A DNA stretch of 54,884 nucleotides from a bacterium (GTDB taxonomy: Bacteria > Elusimicrobiota > JBDRMW01). Made by a program: the position numbers and the translations under genes. The notes beneath the pieces were generated by a model, which worked only from the letters and a program-made list of their open reading frames with translations, was not told the origin of the DNA and did not search any database. Below, piece by piece: positions 44,382 to 54,833 of the stretch (position 1 is the stretch's first letter; every line of letters begins with the position of its first letter). Location: the NCBI GenBank assembly GCA_043811735.1, contig JBDRMW010000127.1:1-54884 (forward strand). Direction: 5' to 3'.

Positions 44382-46473
44382 TACAGTGATAACAGCTTCT
44401 ATTGTATTTAATATTCCTTTAAATAAAAAATTTATGTACCAGGTGCCGGCGCATTTAAGTGATACGGTTACATCCGGCCTGCGCGTAAAACTTCCTTTTG
44501 GCAGACAAACCTTAACCGGATATGTGGTAGGGATCAATGAAGCTCATGATATACCGCATGAGAATTCATTAAAAGATATTATTCACTGTCTCGATAGTAA
44601 ACCGCTCATTACACAGGAACTCCTGGATTTATCCTGCTGGATCGCAGATGAGTATGGCTCAAGCCAGGGAGAAGTATTAGCGGGCATCTTAGCACCGGGT
44701 TTAACGTTAAAAAAAGAGCCTAAGCCCTTAAAAAAAAGAGATTTATCCCGTAATAAACGCATAAGCAATCATGAGTTTGTCTTAACGCGTGAGCAGCGCA
44801 CAATCACTGAATCAATAACAGAAAGCTTACGCCGAAAAATATCACGTAATATATTGATTCACGGGGTTACCGGGTCAGGAAAGACTGAGATATATCTTCG
44901 TGCCATTGCCGAAACATTGTCTCGGGGAAGGCAGGCATTGTATTTGGTGCCTGAAATATCAATGACGCCGTTATTTATTAAACGGCTGTCGGAACGGTTT
45001 GGAGATACCGTAGCAGTTTGGCACAGCCGCATGTCTTCGGGGAAAAGATTATCGACCTGGCATGCGGTGCACCACGGTAATATCCAGATCGTGCTGGGTG
45101 CGCGGTCAGCCGTTTTTATGCCGTTTAATAACCTGGGAGTAATTATTATTGATGAAGAACACGATGATTCCTACAAACAGGATAAAAAACCGTATTATCA
45201 TGCTCGGGCCATTGCCCGTAAACGTGCTGAAACACATAATGCAGTACTTATCTTAGGGAGCGCCACTCCTTCGATCGAGACGTATACTGAAGCATTGCGG
45301 GGAAATTACAGCCTTTTTTCAATACATGAGCGCATAGATAAAAAACCCATGCCGCACGTACATATAATTGATCTGGGGCATAAGCAATTCGGGAGACTGC
45401 CTGAAATATTTTCGGAACAGCTAAAAAACGCAATCAGACAGAGGATCGCACGCAGAGAACAGATTATTCTTTTTATCAACCGGCGGGGTTATGCGCCGTT
45501 TTTTTCCTGCGGCAGCTGCGGATGGATGAGCAGCTGCAGTGATTGTTCGGTAAGTTTGGTATATCACCGTGAAGGGAGCAGCCAGAATCCGGGAAATAAC
45601 AAAATTGAAAAAAAACATTCGTATGCGCATACATTACTGCTCCGGCCCGATTATTCAGCATATAGAGAACGATTGATCTGTCATTATTGCGGCAAAAGCA
45701 TACCGCTTCCTCAAGAATGCCCCGCATGTAAAAATAAAAATCTTAAACTTGCCGGTGTGGGGACCCAAAAGGTTGAAAGTGAAATTAAACGGCTTTTCCC
45801 CAAAGCACGCGTAACCCGGCTTGATAGAGATACCGCATCCAAACAAAACTATTATGAGGATGTGTACCAGGATTTTTCTAATGAAGATATTGATATTCTG
45901 CTCGGCACCCAGATTGTGGCAAAAGGATTTGATTTTCCGCGGGTAACCTTGGTGGGTGTTATTGATGCTGATATTGCGATCCATATGCCTGATTTTCGTT
46001 CTGCTGAACGAACATTTCAACTGCTGACTCAGGTGGCAGGCCGTTCGGGCCGAAGCAGTTTGGGCGGCGAAGTAATTGTGCAGACATTTTATCCGAATCA
46101 TTATGCGCTTAAATCATCTTCAAAACATGATTTTAAAGAGTTCTACGATCAGGAGATTGAGTACCGCCGCAGTCTGGGATACCCGCCGTTTAAACGCTTG
46201 ATGTGCATTACCTTTAGAGGATATAATGAATCAATGGTGCGTTCTGAGTGTGAGCGGTGCAGTATGGCATTACAAACATATAAAAACAGTGATACTGATA
46301 TACTGGGACCAGCTCCAGCCATCCGCCAGAAACTGCACAGGAAATTCAGATGGCAGTTGATTTTAAAAGCACCGAATTTGAATGTTAAATCAATATATGA
46401 CAATCTACACGCATTAAAGGTTAAAAAAGGTATTCAGGTAAGTTCAGAAATCGATCCGGTATCGTTGTTATGA
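44365..46473 (+). CDS. priA: Primosomal protein N' (replication restart helicase)
   Basis: The 702-aa ORF has Walker A GVTGSGKTE, DEEHD, and a Cys-rich zinc region (CGSCGW..CSDCS...CHYCG...CPACK). The start is uncertain within about 20 codons. Confidence 0.9.
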   Translation: MCAPHNTVITASIVFNIPLNKKFMYQVPAHLSDTVTSGLRVKLPFGRQTLTGYVVGINEAHDIPHENSLKDIIHCLDSKPLITQELLDLSCWIADEYGSSQGEVLAGILAPGLTLKKEPKPLKKRDLSRNKRISNHEFVLTREQRTITESITESLRRKISRNILIHGVTGSGKTEIYLRAIAETLSRGRQALYLVPEISMTPLFIKRLSERFGDTVAVWHSRMSSGKRLSTWHAVHHGNIQIVLGARSAVFMPFNNLGVIIIDEEHDDSYKQDKKPYYHARAIARKRAETHNAVLILGSATPSIETYTEALRGNYSLFSIHERIDKKPMPHVHIIDLGHKQFGRLPEIFSEQLKNAIRQRIARREQIILFINRRGYAPFFSCGSCGWMSSCSDCSVSLVYHREGSSQNPGNNKIEKKHSYAHTLLLRPDYSAYRERLICHYCGKSIPLPQECPACKNKNLKLAGVGTQKVESEIKRLFPKARVTRLDRDTASKQNYYEDVYQDFSNEDIDILLGTQIVAKGFDFPRVTLVGVIDADIAIHMPDFRSAERTFQLLTQVAGRSGRSSLGGEVIVQTFYPNHYALKSSSKHDFKEFYDQEIEYRRSLGYPPFKRLMCITFRGYNESMVRSECERCSMALQTYKNSDTDILGPAPAIRQKLHRKFRWQLILKAPNLNVKSIYDNLHALKVKKGIQVSSEIDPVSLL

Positions 46474-48696
46474 AAACTTTTCGTACAGAAGATTACTTCA
46501 TCAGTCTTTTTCTTTTTTTGTTCTTTTGCGGCATGTATGCGGTTTCCGGGTATGGGATGGTTGCTCCCTATCGTGACAGCGGAGATCTGGTGGTTGCCGC
46601 ATATTCGCTCGGCATCCCTCATCCTCCCGGATATGTTCTCTATATCTTGTGCGGCAAAATAATCGCCTGGGCTCTACCCTGGGGCAATATGGCGTATAGA
46701 ATCAATTTTTTTTCGGTTATATGCGGAGCCTGGTCAGTCAGCTTTCTCTATCTTATTCTTCGTCATTATGCACGGATTCTTCCTTCATTGACCGGCGCCG
46801 GATGTTTTGCCATGATTCCCTCTCTGTGGCGGCTTTCACAAGTAAGTGAGATGTATTCGTTTAATCTCTGCATCGCTGCATTCATTTTATTATGGCTGGT
46901 AAAAGACAACAAGGCGAGCCGCTGTGTTTCTTTAACTGCGCTTATGTGCGGAGTGGGAGTTGCAAATCACCAGACCCTTATGTTTTTCTTTCCCGGATAT
47001 GCGTTACTCATGTGGTATAAGTTTTTTAGAGGCCGGCAATTTAAACATATATTAAAGCTTATGCTTGTTTCGCTTGGATTTTTCTTTGCGGGAATTTGTA
47101 TTCATCTGTTTTTGCCGATCAGGTCTTTGACTGAACCGCTCCTGGATTGGGGAAATCCCGAAAGCTTACGGAATTTCTGGCGGATGGTTTCGCGCTCAGA
47201 TTACGGGCTCTTAAAACTTCATCCTGAAGAAAAGTGTTTTGGCCTGGTCTTTTACGGGCATAATAAAACAAATAGTTTTTTTTGGGCGTGTTTTAAGAAC
47301 TCAGTTCGGATGGCCGGGCTTCATTGCGGGATTGGCTGGATTCGGCTATGCATATAAAAGAAAATATATTTCAGTGTATCTGTTGTTGTTTGTGATAAGC
47401 GGCCCTTTTTTTATTTTACTTGCAAATCTTCCTATTGAACATAACACATCGCTGCCAATTTTGGAGCCTAATCTGCTTATGCCCGGATTAATATGGGCAT
47501 TATGCATTGGATTGGGCCTCAACTGGATTGCTGATTTGAGGATTTCGCATACGAAATGGATTTCAGGAAGTATCGCGGTGCTGCTTATTGTTTCAGGGGT
47601 CAGTGGAAGCAGGGGAAGGGGGATGAACAATAGAGATAATTTCTTGTCATATGATTTTGGTAAAAATATCTTAAGATCAATGGAGCCGGGATCAATTCTT
47701 TATAACTCAGATGATCCCACCACTTTTATAACTGAATATTTAAAAACAGTGCATGAATATCGAAATGATATACGCACCTTTGTATATTTTAGGACTTTGT
47801 GGGGATATCACCGGTTACAAAAATTGTATCCTGAAATTATGCCTGACGGCAGTCAGGACAATGCACATGAGATGCTTGATGCGTTCTTTAAGAAAAATAT
47901 CGGATCACTGAGTTTATACGGTGATCTGCCGTTTAAATTTCCGGAAATATATAAGACGATCCCGCAGGGGTTAGTCTACCGGTTATCGGACAACACGCAA
48001 GGCAATACAAATCTTCTGCGTGCACAATATCTGCTGGCTATCTGCCCGTTAAGGCAGTTTGCAGGCATATATGATCCGGATGCATTTTTTTCACGGCAGA
48101 TTTTCTCGTATTATACATCTGCGCATAATAATCTGGCGGTTGCACTCTTGGAACAGGGCAATGCCGACGAAGCCCGTACTCATTATTGGAATGCGGTTGC
48201 GCTGGACCCAATGTTTAAAGAAGGATGGAATAATTTGGGAGCATTAGAGTTTAAGCAGGGGAATTTGACCCAAGCAGAAAAATATTTTAATGCGGTTATT
48301 AATCTTAAAAAATCTGATATGGAAGGCTGGTATCATTTAGGGCTAGTTTTGAGGAAAAAAGGCGAGATTGCACGTGCGGTTAAGGCATTTGAACGGATCC
48401 CGCAAGAGGGAAAAAACGGCGCCTATGCATTGAACGAATTAGGGCTTATATCGTTATCACAAAAAAACCAGGATACTGCAGTTGAACAGTTTGTTAAGGC
48501 GATTTCCATAATGCCATCATATTCTCTGCCGTATTATAATTTGGGGCTTGCATATCAGCGAAAAGGAGATTATGTACGTGCGATCTCAGCATATGAACGA
48601 TATGCAGCATTATGTACGGACCCCCGGGAAAAAAAAGAGACAATCAGACTTATACAGCAGTTGAAAGCAAAGATTGTTGTGCCGGGTGCCCAATAA
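46470..48696 (+). pseudogene. DUF2723-type membrane glycosyltransferase-like protein fused to TPR repeats, split by a 1-nt frameshift
   Basis: ORF 46470..47357 has the DUF2723 signature RDSGDLVVAAYSLGIPHPPGY. ORF 47239..48696, in the +1 frame, continues with TM segments and then TPR repeats. Both frames are open only across 47215-47357. Removing one A from 47230-47233 gives HPEESVLAWSFTGIIKQ. Confidence 0.75.
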
Positions 48697-48715
48697 AAAG
48701 TATAATTATATTATT

Positions 48716-49231
48716 ATGAGCTTATTACAGATTGTAACCTATGGTGATCCGATCTTACAAAAAAAGGTGAAACCGGTAAAACACATAGATGACGCTGTTC
48801 TTAAACTTATTACAGATATGTTTGAAACCATGTATATGTCGCCGGGCATCGGTTTAGCAGCTAATCAGGTAGGAGTTCCTTTAAATCTCTGTGTTATTGA
48901 TATTATGCCGCAGGGTAAACATGATCCCCTGGTCCTGATTAACGGAGTTATACAGGAAAAAAAGGGAAAAATATTTGAAGAAGAAGGATGTCTATCCTTT
49001 CCCGGAATTTCAACTAAAATCCGCCGATGGAAATGGGTAAAGGTGAGCGGTATTAATGAGAAAGGATTGCCGGTTGAAATAATCGGCGAAGATCTCCTGG
49101 CGCGCGCTTTGCAGCATGAGATCGATCATTTGTCCGGCAGACTGATTGTTGACCGGGTGAGCATAATTCAAAAGTTGAAGATCAAAAGGCTGGTGAAAAA
49201 ATTAAAAAAAGCCGGTCTTTGGAAAAAGTAA
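48716..49231 (+). CDS. def: Peptide deformylase
   Basis: I trimmed the ORF to the ATG at 48716 (MSLLQIVTYGDPIL). It has GIGLAANQ, EGCLSFPG and HEIDHL. Confidence 0.95.
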   Translation: MSLLQIVTYGDPILQKKVKPVKHIDDAVLKLITDMFETMYMSPGIGLAANQVGVPLNLCVIDIMPQGKHDPLVLINGVIQEKKGKIFEEEGCLSFPGISTKIRRWKWVKVSGINEKGLPVEIIGEDLLARALQHEIDHLSGRLIVDRVSIIQKLKIKRLVKKLKKAGLWKK

Positions 49232-49245
49232 GATTTTACTAACGT

Positions 49246-50202
49246 ATGACGAAAAAACTGCGTATTGTATTTTTTGGATCGCCTGCTGCTGCCGTGCCTT
49301 TTTTATCGTACCTTATAGAGCATGAACAGGTCGTGGGTGTGGTGACCCGTCCGGATAAACCCTCAGGCAGGGGCCGTAAGATTACCCAGACCCCGGTTGC
49401 TGAAGTTGCTGCAGGTGCGGTTAACTTAAAGAAACCGCGTAATTTATCCGATCTTGATTTCGGTAATTGGTTGACGGCGCTTAAATGCGACCTCGGCGTA
49501 GTCGTTGCGTATGGTAAGATTATTCCGGAAAAGATTATTTCAATACCAAAACATGGCTGCATTAATATTCATTTTTCTCTTCTTCCTCAATTTCGCGGCC
49601 CTGCACCGGTACAGCATGCGATCATGCATAATTGCTTGGAAACCGGTGTTACCTCATTTAGTTTAAGAAAAGAGATCGATACCGGGCCCATATATGTTCA
49701 GCACAACGTTGCTGTAGACCAGGACGATGATGCAGAATCTTTAATGAATAAACTTATCCCTGCAGGGAAAGGCGTGTTAGTTGAAACCCTGATGCAGTTA
49801 AAAAACAATTCATTGAAGGGAATTTCTCAATCAGGGCCGGTATCATATGCTCCGTTGATTAAAAAAGAAGACGGCAGAATTAATTGGGAAGACGATCCCC
49901 GGACAATCATCGGTAAAATAAAAGCATTGATCGGATGGCCCTATGCATTTACCACGCTTGGCAGCGGGAAACGGTTAAAAATTACTCAAGCTCAAGCGAG
50001 GAACACGCATGACCATGAAAGGCTTACACAGGCTCCGGGGACGGTTACAGGTCTTGTAAAAGATCAGGGATTTATTGTACAATGCTCTGGCGCAGGCGTC
50101 TTAATTTTGAGGGTTATCCCCGAAGGGAAAAAAGAAATGTCTGCCTGGGATTTTCTTCAGGGAAGAAAACTTAAAGCAGGCGATCGCTTAGGATCATTAT
50201 GA
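49246..50202 (+). CDS. fmt: Methionyl-tRNA formyltransferase
   Basis: The 318-aa ORF has IVFFGSP and NIHFSLLPQFRGPAPVQ. Confidence 0.95.
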   Translation: MTKKLRIVFFGSPAAAVPFLSYLIEHEQVVGVVTRPDKPSGRGRKITQTPVAEVAAGAVNLKKPRNLSDLDFGNWLTALKCDLGVVVAYGKIIPEKIISIPKHGCINIHFSLLPQFRGPAPVQHAIMHNCLETGVTSFSLRKEIDTGPIYVQHNVAVDQDDDAESLMNKLIPAGKGVLVETLMQLKNNSLKGISQSGPVSYAPLIKKEDGRINWEDDPRTIIGKIKALIGWPYAFTTLGSGKRLKITQAQARNTHDHERLTQAPGTVTGLVKDQGFIVQCSGAGVLILRVIPEGKKEMSAWDFLQGRKLKAGDRLGSL

Positions 50203-51134
50203 ACAAAGGACTTCTAAAATTTATATTTTTTCTTATTCTGCTCTTTATTATCGGCGGAATGTATTATAAATACCGCATAACGCACAGTCTGGAAAAACAA
50301 ATTGAAATGTTTAAGATAAACAATGAAGCTGTCCAGCAGCGTGCGGTTGCATATATGGTCAGGCAGGGAAAACATTCGATCCCCTATCTTATTGAGGCGC
50401 TGAGTTCAGAGGATACTTCGGTGCGTATTAATGCCGTACGCGCATTAGGCCGTATTGATGATCCGCGGGTGGTCGATCCGCTGGTGAGCCTGCTGACTGA
50501 TCCGTATCCTGATATTCAATATGAAGTCATGGAAGCGCTTGAAAACAGAGGAAAAAAAATAATTACCCGTTTATTGAAATCACTGGAGTCCCCCAGCAGT
50601 AAAACACGGGCACGCACGGTTGAGCTTATCGGCAGAATAGGTGATCTGACCAGCAAGGATATTGTTGAGCATGCATTAACTGATCCCTCTGCCGAGGTTC
50701 GTGAGCAGGCGGTAATAGCATTACGGTGGATCGCCAAGGAAGAATCGATTGATTTGATTTTACCCCTGCTTGATGATCCGTATACCAATGTGCGGATGAT
50801 GGTTGTATTTGCATTCGGCGAGTTTAAGGAAAATGCTGATGCACGGCGCGGCCTTGAACAGGCATTAACCAATGATGATAATCAGCTCAGGGAAAAAGCG
50901 GTTCAGTTCTTAGGGGAATCTAATAATCCTGATGTTGAAGAAGCGATTATTCCCGTCTTGCAGGATAAAGATCTTAAAGTAAGGTGGGCTGCGGCGGAAG
51001 CGTTAGGTAAAATCGGCGGTGAACGTTCCTTACAGGCTTTACGAAAACATATAGTGAATAAACGGGAAGTTGAATTTGTGGTAAGTTCAGCAAAAAAAGC
51101 TATTATTCGAATAACCGAACGGCTGCACAAATAA
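50199..51134 (+). CDS. HEAT-repeat (PBS-lyase-type) protein with N-terminal TM anchor
   Basis: The 311-aa ORF has repeated VR..A..ALG.I.D...V..L..LL.D units. It has a 4-nt overlap with fmt. Confidence 0.75.
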   Translation: MNKGLLKFIFFLILLFIIGGMYYKYRITHSLEKQIEMFKINNEAVQQRAVAYMVRQGKHSIPYLIEALSSEDTSVRINAVRALGRIDDPRVVDPLVSLLTDPYPDIQYEVMEALENRGKKIITRLLKSLESPSSKTRARTVELIGRIGDLTSKDIVEHALTDPSAEVREQAVIALRWIAKEESIDLILPLLDDPYTNVRMMVVFAFGEFKENADARRGLEQALTNDDNQLREKAVQFLGESNNPDVEEAIIPVLQDKDLKVRWAAAEALGKIGGERSLQALRKHIVNKREVEFVVSSAKKAIIRITERLHK

Positions 51135-51162
51135 CAGGGATCAGAAAGGCACAAACGTAATT

Positions 51163-51987
51163 ATGCAGGGCAAAATTGACGGCAAGTTCCTTGGATCCAT
51201 TTGGCAGAATGAAAAAAATATCCATAAGATATCCGAGCACTATAACGAGCGGAAACTGCTTTTTTTTATTTTTGCGTATGCCAGTGTGGCGGTTATTGCA
51301 TGCGTGATGGCCATGATGTGGTACGTGTTAGAGCCGGGCTTAGAACGAATACATCAGGTTCTTCCCGGCATGTTAAAAATTATATTAAGCGGTATAAGTC
51401 TTATTCTCCTTCTGGATATTTCGCTGATGGCGCTCTCTATAAAGACGAATACAAATTTAATCCGCTATTACCACGCAGCCAGGCGGGTTGAATATTTAAT
51501 GCCGTTAGTCATGAAACTCGGGATACTGCTTGGTATCGTGCCTGATCGTATGATCAGCTCTTTTATCGGTGTTAATAATCATCTTATCAAGCTGGTTCAC
51601 GAGAAGAAGAAAAAAGAAAACATTTTGGTTTTACTGCCGCGGTGTCTGCAGCATTTTGCGTGCAAACAATCGGTGGTTTCTGATATAAATGCATGTAAGT
51701 CCTGCGGTAAATGCGATATTGCAAAACTGGTAAAAATAAACAAAGATTACCGGCTGGTTACCGCGGTCGCAACCGGCGGCGGACTGGCGAAAAGCTTGAT
51801 CAGGGATTTAAAACCGCATGGCGTCATAGCTGTTGCGTGTGAGCGGGAACTCATCGAAGGATTAAAAGGTGTTTCAAAAATACCGATTATTGCAATTGCA
51901 AATTCCCGGCCGGAAGGCCCCTGTAAAAACACTAAAGTAGATATTGCTGCCATTGAAAGTGCAGTAAAGCTGTTTAAAAATATATAA
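51163..51987 (+). CDS. DUF116-like Cys-rich membrane protein
   Basis: The 274-aa ORF has N-terminal TM segments followed by LPRCLQHFACKQ...CKSCGKCDI...VACEREL. This family is often found next to fmt. The assignment is from memory of the pattern. Confidence 0.55.
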   Translation: MQGKIDGKFLGSIWQNEKNIHKISEHYNERKLLFFIFAYASVAVIACVMAMMWYVLEPGLERIHQVLPGMLKIILSGISLILLLDISLMALSIKTNTNLIRYYHAARRVEYLMPLVMKLGILLGIVPDRMISSFIGVNNHLIKLVHEKKKKENILVLLPRCLQHFACKQSVVSDINACKSCGKCDIAKLVKINKDYRLVTAVATGGGLAKSLIRDLKPHGVIAVACERELIEGLKGVSKIPIIAIANSRPEGPCKNTKVDIAAIESAVKLFKNI

Positions 51988-52011
51988 TACCTGATAAGGT
52001 TTTAAATTAAA

Positions 52012-53094
52012 ATGGATATCAACAATAATCAGCCTAAACCAAATCAACCGCAACCGAATCAATCTCAACCAACGCAGGCTGTGCAGAGTAAACCCGGTCA
52101 ATCCCCGCGCACATCGCCGCTGCTAAAGAGTCATATGCTGAAAAAAAAGCCGGCTGTGCACTGGTATGAATGGGTTATTGTGGGTCTAATTTTTCTAATA
52201 CTTTCGTATATATGCGGTAATTGGATTATAGGTGTTTTTATTCATCATCGTGCGGTAGTTCAGGTTCCGGATCTTAAAGGTAAATCACTTATGTTTGCGT
52301 TAGACCGGCTGGGGATCCTGCAGATCGCTTTGATAAAAGAAGATGAAGAGTTTAATCAGGCGCTTCCAGAAGGATCAATTTTACGGCAGACCCCGGTTCC
52401 CGGTACCCTGGTTCGGGAAGGCAAGACGGTCCGTGTGGTCTTAAGCAAGGGAGGCGAAAAAGTTTTTGTGCATGATTTAATCAACATGCCGTTACGGCTT
52501 GCTGAAATCGACTTGCGCCAGTCAAATCTTGCATTAGGCGAAGTATCTGAACGATTTTCTCTTTCTGCTTCAAAAGGAAATGTGGTTGATCAGGATCCTG
52601 CTCCCGGCAGTGTGGTTGAACGGCATACATTGATACACGTGGTCATCTCCTCAGGCGAACCGCCGGATGATATTATTTTAATGCCTGATTTTATCGGTAA
52701 AAAGATTGATGAAGTAAAACTCTGGGCATCAGATAAAAAAATTCCTCTTGATAAAATAATCTCAGATCCCTATTCAGCAGTTCCCAAAGATGAGGTTATC
52801 AGGCAAATCCCTCAACCTGATACGATTCTAGGAGATAAACAGAATCTCTTTTTTGTGGTGGGGGTAAGCACGGCAATTGCCGAGGCAAATCGCGTATGGC
52901 AGTATGCACTTCCTCAGGGATCAGGCATGAGAAACGTGGTAATTAAGCTGGTTTATGAAAACCAGGAAAACCTGATTTTTAAGGGTAAAAAACTTCCCGG
53001 ATCAAAACTTGAGATTCCTTATCATCACCGGGCCGGCGCTCATATTCAGGTGTATCTGGATGGTATTTTAATCGAAGAGAGTAACGCAGATTAA
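52012..53094 (+). CDS. PASTA-domain membrane protein lacking a kinase domain
   Basis: The 360-aa ORF has a Q/P/N-rich N-terminus of about 55 aa and one TM segment. Three PASTA-like units follow, starting VPDLKGKSL..., VHDLINMPL... and MPDFIGKKI.... Confidence 0.7.
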   Translation: MDINNNQPKPNQPQPNQSQPTQAVQSKPGQSPRTSPLLKSHMLKKKPAVHWYEWVIVGLIFLILSYICGNWIIGVFIHHRAVVQVPDLKGKSLMFALDRLGILQIALIKEDEEFNQALPEGSILRQTPVPGTLVREGKTVRVVLSKGGEKVFVHDLINMPLRLAEIDLRQSNLALGEVSERFSLSASKGNVVDQDPAPGSVVERHTLIHVVISSGEPPDDIILMPDFIGKKIDEVKLWASDKKIPLDKIISDPYSAVPKDEVIRQIPQPDTILGDKQNLFFVVGVSTAIAEANRVWQYALPQGSGMRNVVIKLVYENQENLIFKGKKLPGSKLEIPYHHRAGAHIQVYLDGILIEESNAD

Positions 53095-53095
53095 T

Positions 53096-53740
53096 ATGAT
53101 TATTGCACCTTCAATATTATCAGCTGACTTTGCGTATCTTGCCGAAGACATACATATGGTTGAAGCAGCCGGTGCTGCCTGGCTTCATATCGATGTGATG
53201 GATGGTCATTTTGTTCCGAATATAACCATTGGGCCTCCGGTGGTTAAATCGCTTAAGAAAATCACTAAACTCTATTTTGATACCCATCTTATGATTGAGA
53301 ATCCCGACAAATATATTCCTGATTTTGCTCAAGCAGGGGCAGATAATATAACCGTGCATCTTGAAGAATTGCACGATCCCATGAAGACGATTAAACAGAT
53401 TCAATCACTGGGAAAAAAAGCCGGACTATCAATTAAACCAAAAACACCTGCAAAAAAATTAATTCCTTTTCTTAAAAAGGTAGATTTGGTTTTGGTGATG
53501 TCGGTCGAACCGGGTTTCAGCGGGCAGAAATTTATGCCTGAAGTTATTCTTAAAATAGAAGAAATAAGAAAAGAAATAGATCGTTTAAACAAAGATATAC
53601 GGCTTGAAGTTGACGGCGGTATAAATCTAGAAACCGGCAGACTCGTTGCCCTGGCCGGCGCTGATGTGGTGGTGGCGGGCAGTGCGGTTTTCTCTGCAGA
53701 TAATCCAACCGACGTAATAAAACAAATCATTAAAATATAG
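53096..53740 (+). CDS. rpe: Ribulose-phosphate 3-epimerase
   Basis: The 214-aa ORF has PSILSADF, HIDVMDGHFVPN, MSVEPGFSGQKF and VDGGIN. Confidence 0.95.
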   Translation: MIIAPSILSADFAYLAEDIHMVEAAGAAWLHIDVMDGHFVPNITIGPPVVKSLKKITKLYFDTHLMIENPDKYIPDFAQAGADNITVHLEELHDPMKTIKQIQSLGKKAGLSIKPKTPAKKLIPFLKKVDLVLVMSVEPGFSGQKFMPEVILKIEEIRKEIDRLNKDIRLEVDGGINLETGRLVALAGADVVVAGSAVFSADNPTDVIKQIIKI

Positions 53741-53767
53741 TTTATAAGATTGGTATAGCGGGTTAGA

Positions 53768-54649
53768 TTAACTTTTCTTTAACTGGTCAAAGGTTAGTTT
53801 TCCGACATCTGAAATGAAATTTTTTGCCTGTGTGTAATTACCGTGATTATTGGTTAACACGCATATCAGGTAGTTGCCGTGCGGCGAGAAAACAATACCG
53901 GCATCGTGGCATGCGCCGCGGAGTAAGCCTGTTTTATGAGCCAGTTCAAAGTTTTCAGGCAGATATTTACGCAGGCGTTTTTTTCTTGAAGGAAGTTTTA
54001 ATATCGCAAGCATCTGCTGGGAGAGATATCTGCGGAACATTTTTTCATTATAGATTTCGGTAAGCAAAAGTGAAATATCCCGGGCAGTGGTGTAGCTGTC
54101 TCCGGCAATTTCCCCGTTTGTTAGATCAAATGATTTTGGCGAGATATTGGTATCTTTAAGACCGATTGATTTAAATATTTGATTCATCCGTTCATATCCG
54201 ACTATTTCGGTTAACATGCGCGCGGCCGTATTATCGCTTTCTTTAATCATTATATACGATAGTTCATAAATCGTATATTCTGATCCGCTGGGTTTATATT
54301 TTAATATGCCGGATCCGCCCACGCGGTATGTATCTTCAAGTTTAAATTTTTGGGTGAGGGAGATATTGCTCTCAACAAACTCCTTAAATACCGCTACCAT
54401 AATGGGCAGTTTAATTAAACTTGCACTCACAAAAGGCTTATCAGCATTAAAGGAGTACGTTTGATCATTGTTGAGATCTTTAACCACGATCGCAACTTTT
54501 CCTGAGAACTGTTGAATGTTTGAATTAAGTTTACTTATAAAATACTGCCAGCGGTGGTTGCTTAAAAAATCATCCGGATATGAACAAGGTACGGCTGAGC
54601 AGCATAATGAGACGATTAGAAGGCAGCGAATAATCTGTTTTGTTTTCAT
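53768..54649 (-). CDS. Class A beta-lactamase-like serine hydrolase (secreted)
   Basis: The 293-aa ORF has a signal peptide, SxxK (SLIK in FVSASLIKL), SDN (ESDNTAA) and KTG (HKTGLL). Confidence 0.75.
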   Translation of the reverse strand: MKTKQIIRCLLIVSLCCSAVPCSYPDDFLSNHRWQYFISKLNSNIQQFSGKVAIVVKDLNNDQTYSFNADKPFVSASLIKLPIMVAVFKEFVESNISLTQKFKLEDTYRVGGSGILKYKPSGSEYTIYELSYIMIKESDNTAARMLTEIVGYERMNQIFKSIGLKDTNISPKSFDLTNGEIAGDSYTTARDISLLLTEIYNEKMFRRYLSQQMLAILKLPSRKKRLRKYLPENFELAHKTGLLRGACHDAGIVFSPHGNYLICVLTNNHGNYTQAKNFISDVGKLTFDQLKKS

Positions 54650-54790
54650 AACTACCTTAAGCTTAATTGTTTATACATGTAAGTAAAAGGGGGGTATAGG
54701 TATAAATTAAAATAATACGTATAAATCAATATAAATTTACATGTACCAATATTGTTTCAAGATATAAGATTGATTATTAATTACAATATT

Positions 54791-54833
54791 GGCTAATTCA
54801 AATGTTGACTTTGAATTAGCCATGTGATTTAAT
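54791..54833 (+). promoter_or_regulatory. Putative promoter TTGACT-17-TTTAAT embedded in an 11-bp perfect inverted repeat, directed out of the window
   Basis: GGCTAATTCAA (54791-54801) and TTGAATTAGCC (54811-54821) flank a loop that contains TTGACT (54805-54810). TTTAAT lies at 54828-54833, and further TATAAT hexamers lie at 54848 and 54860. Confidence 0.35.
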
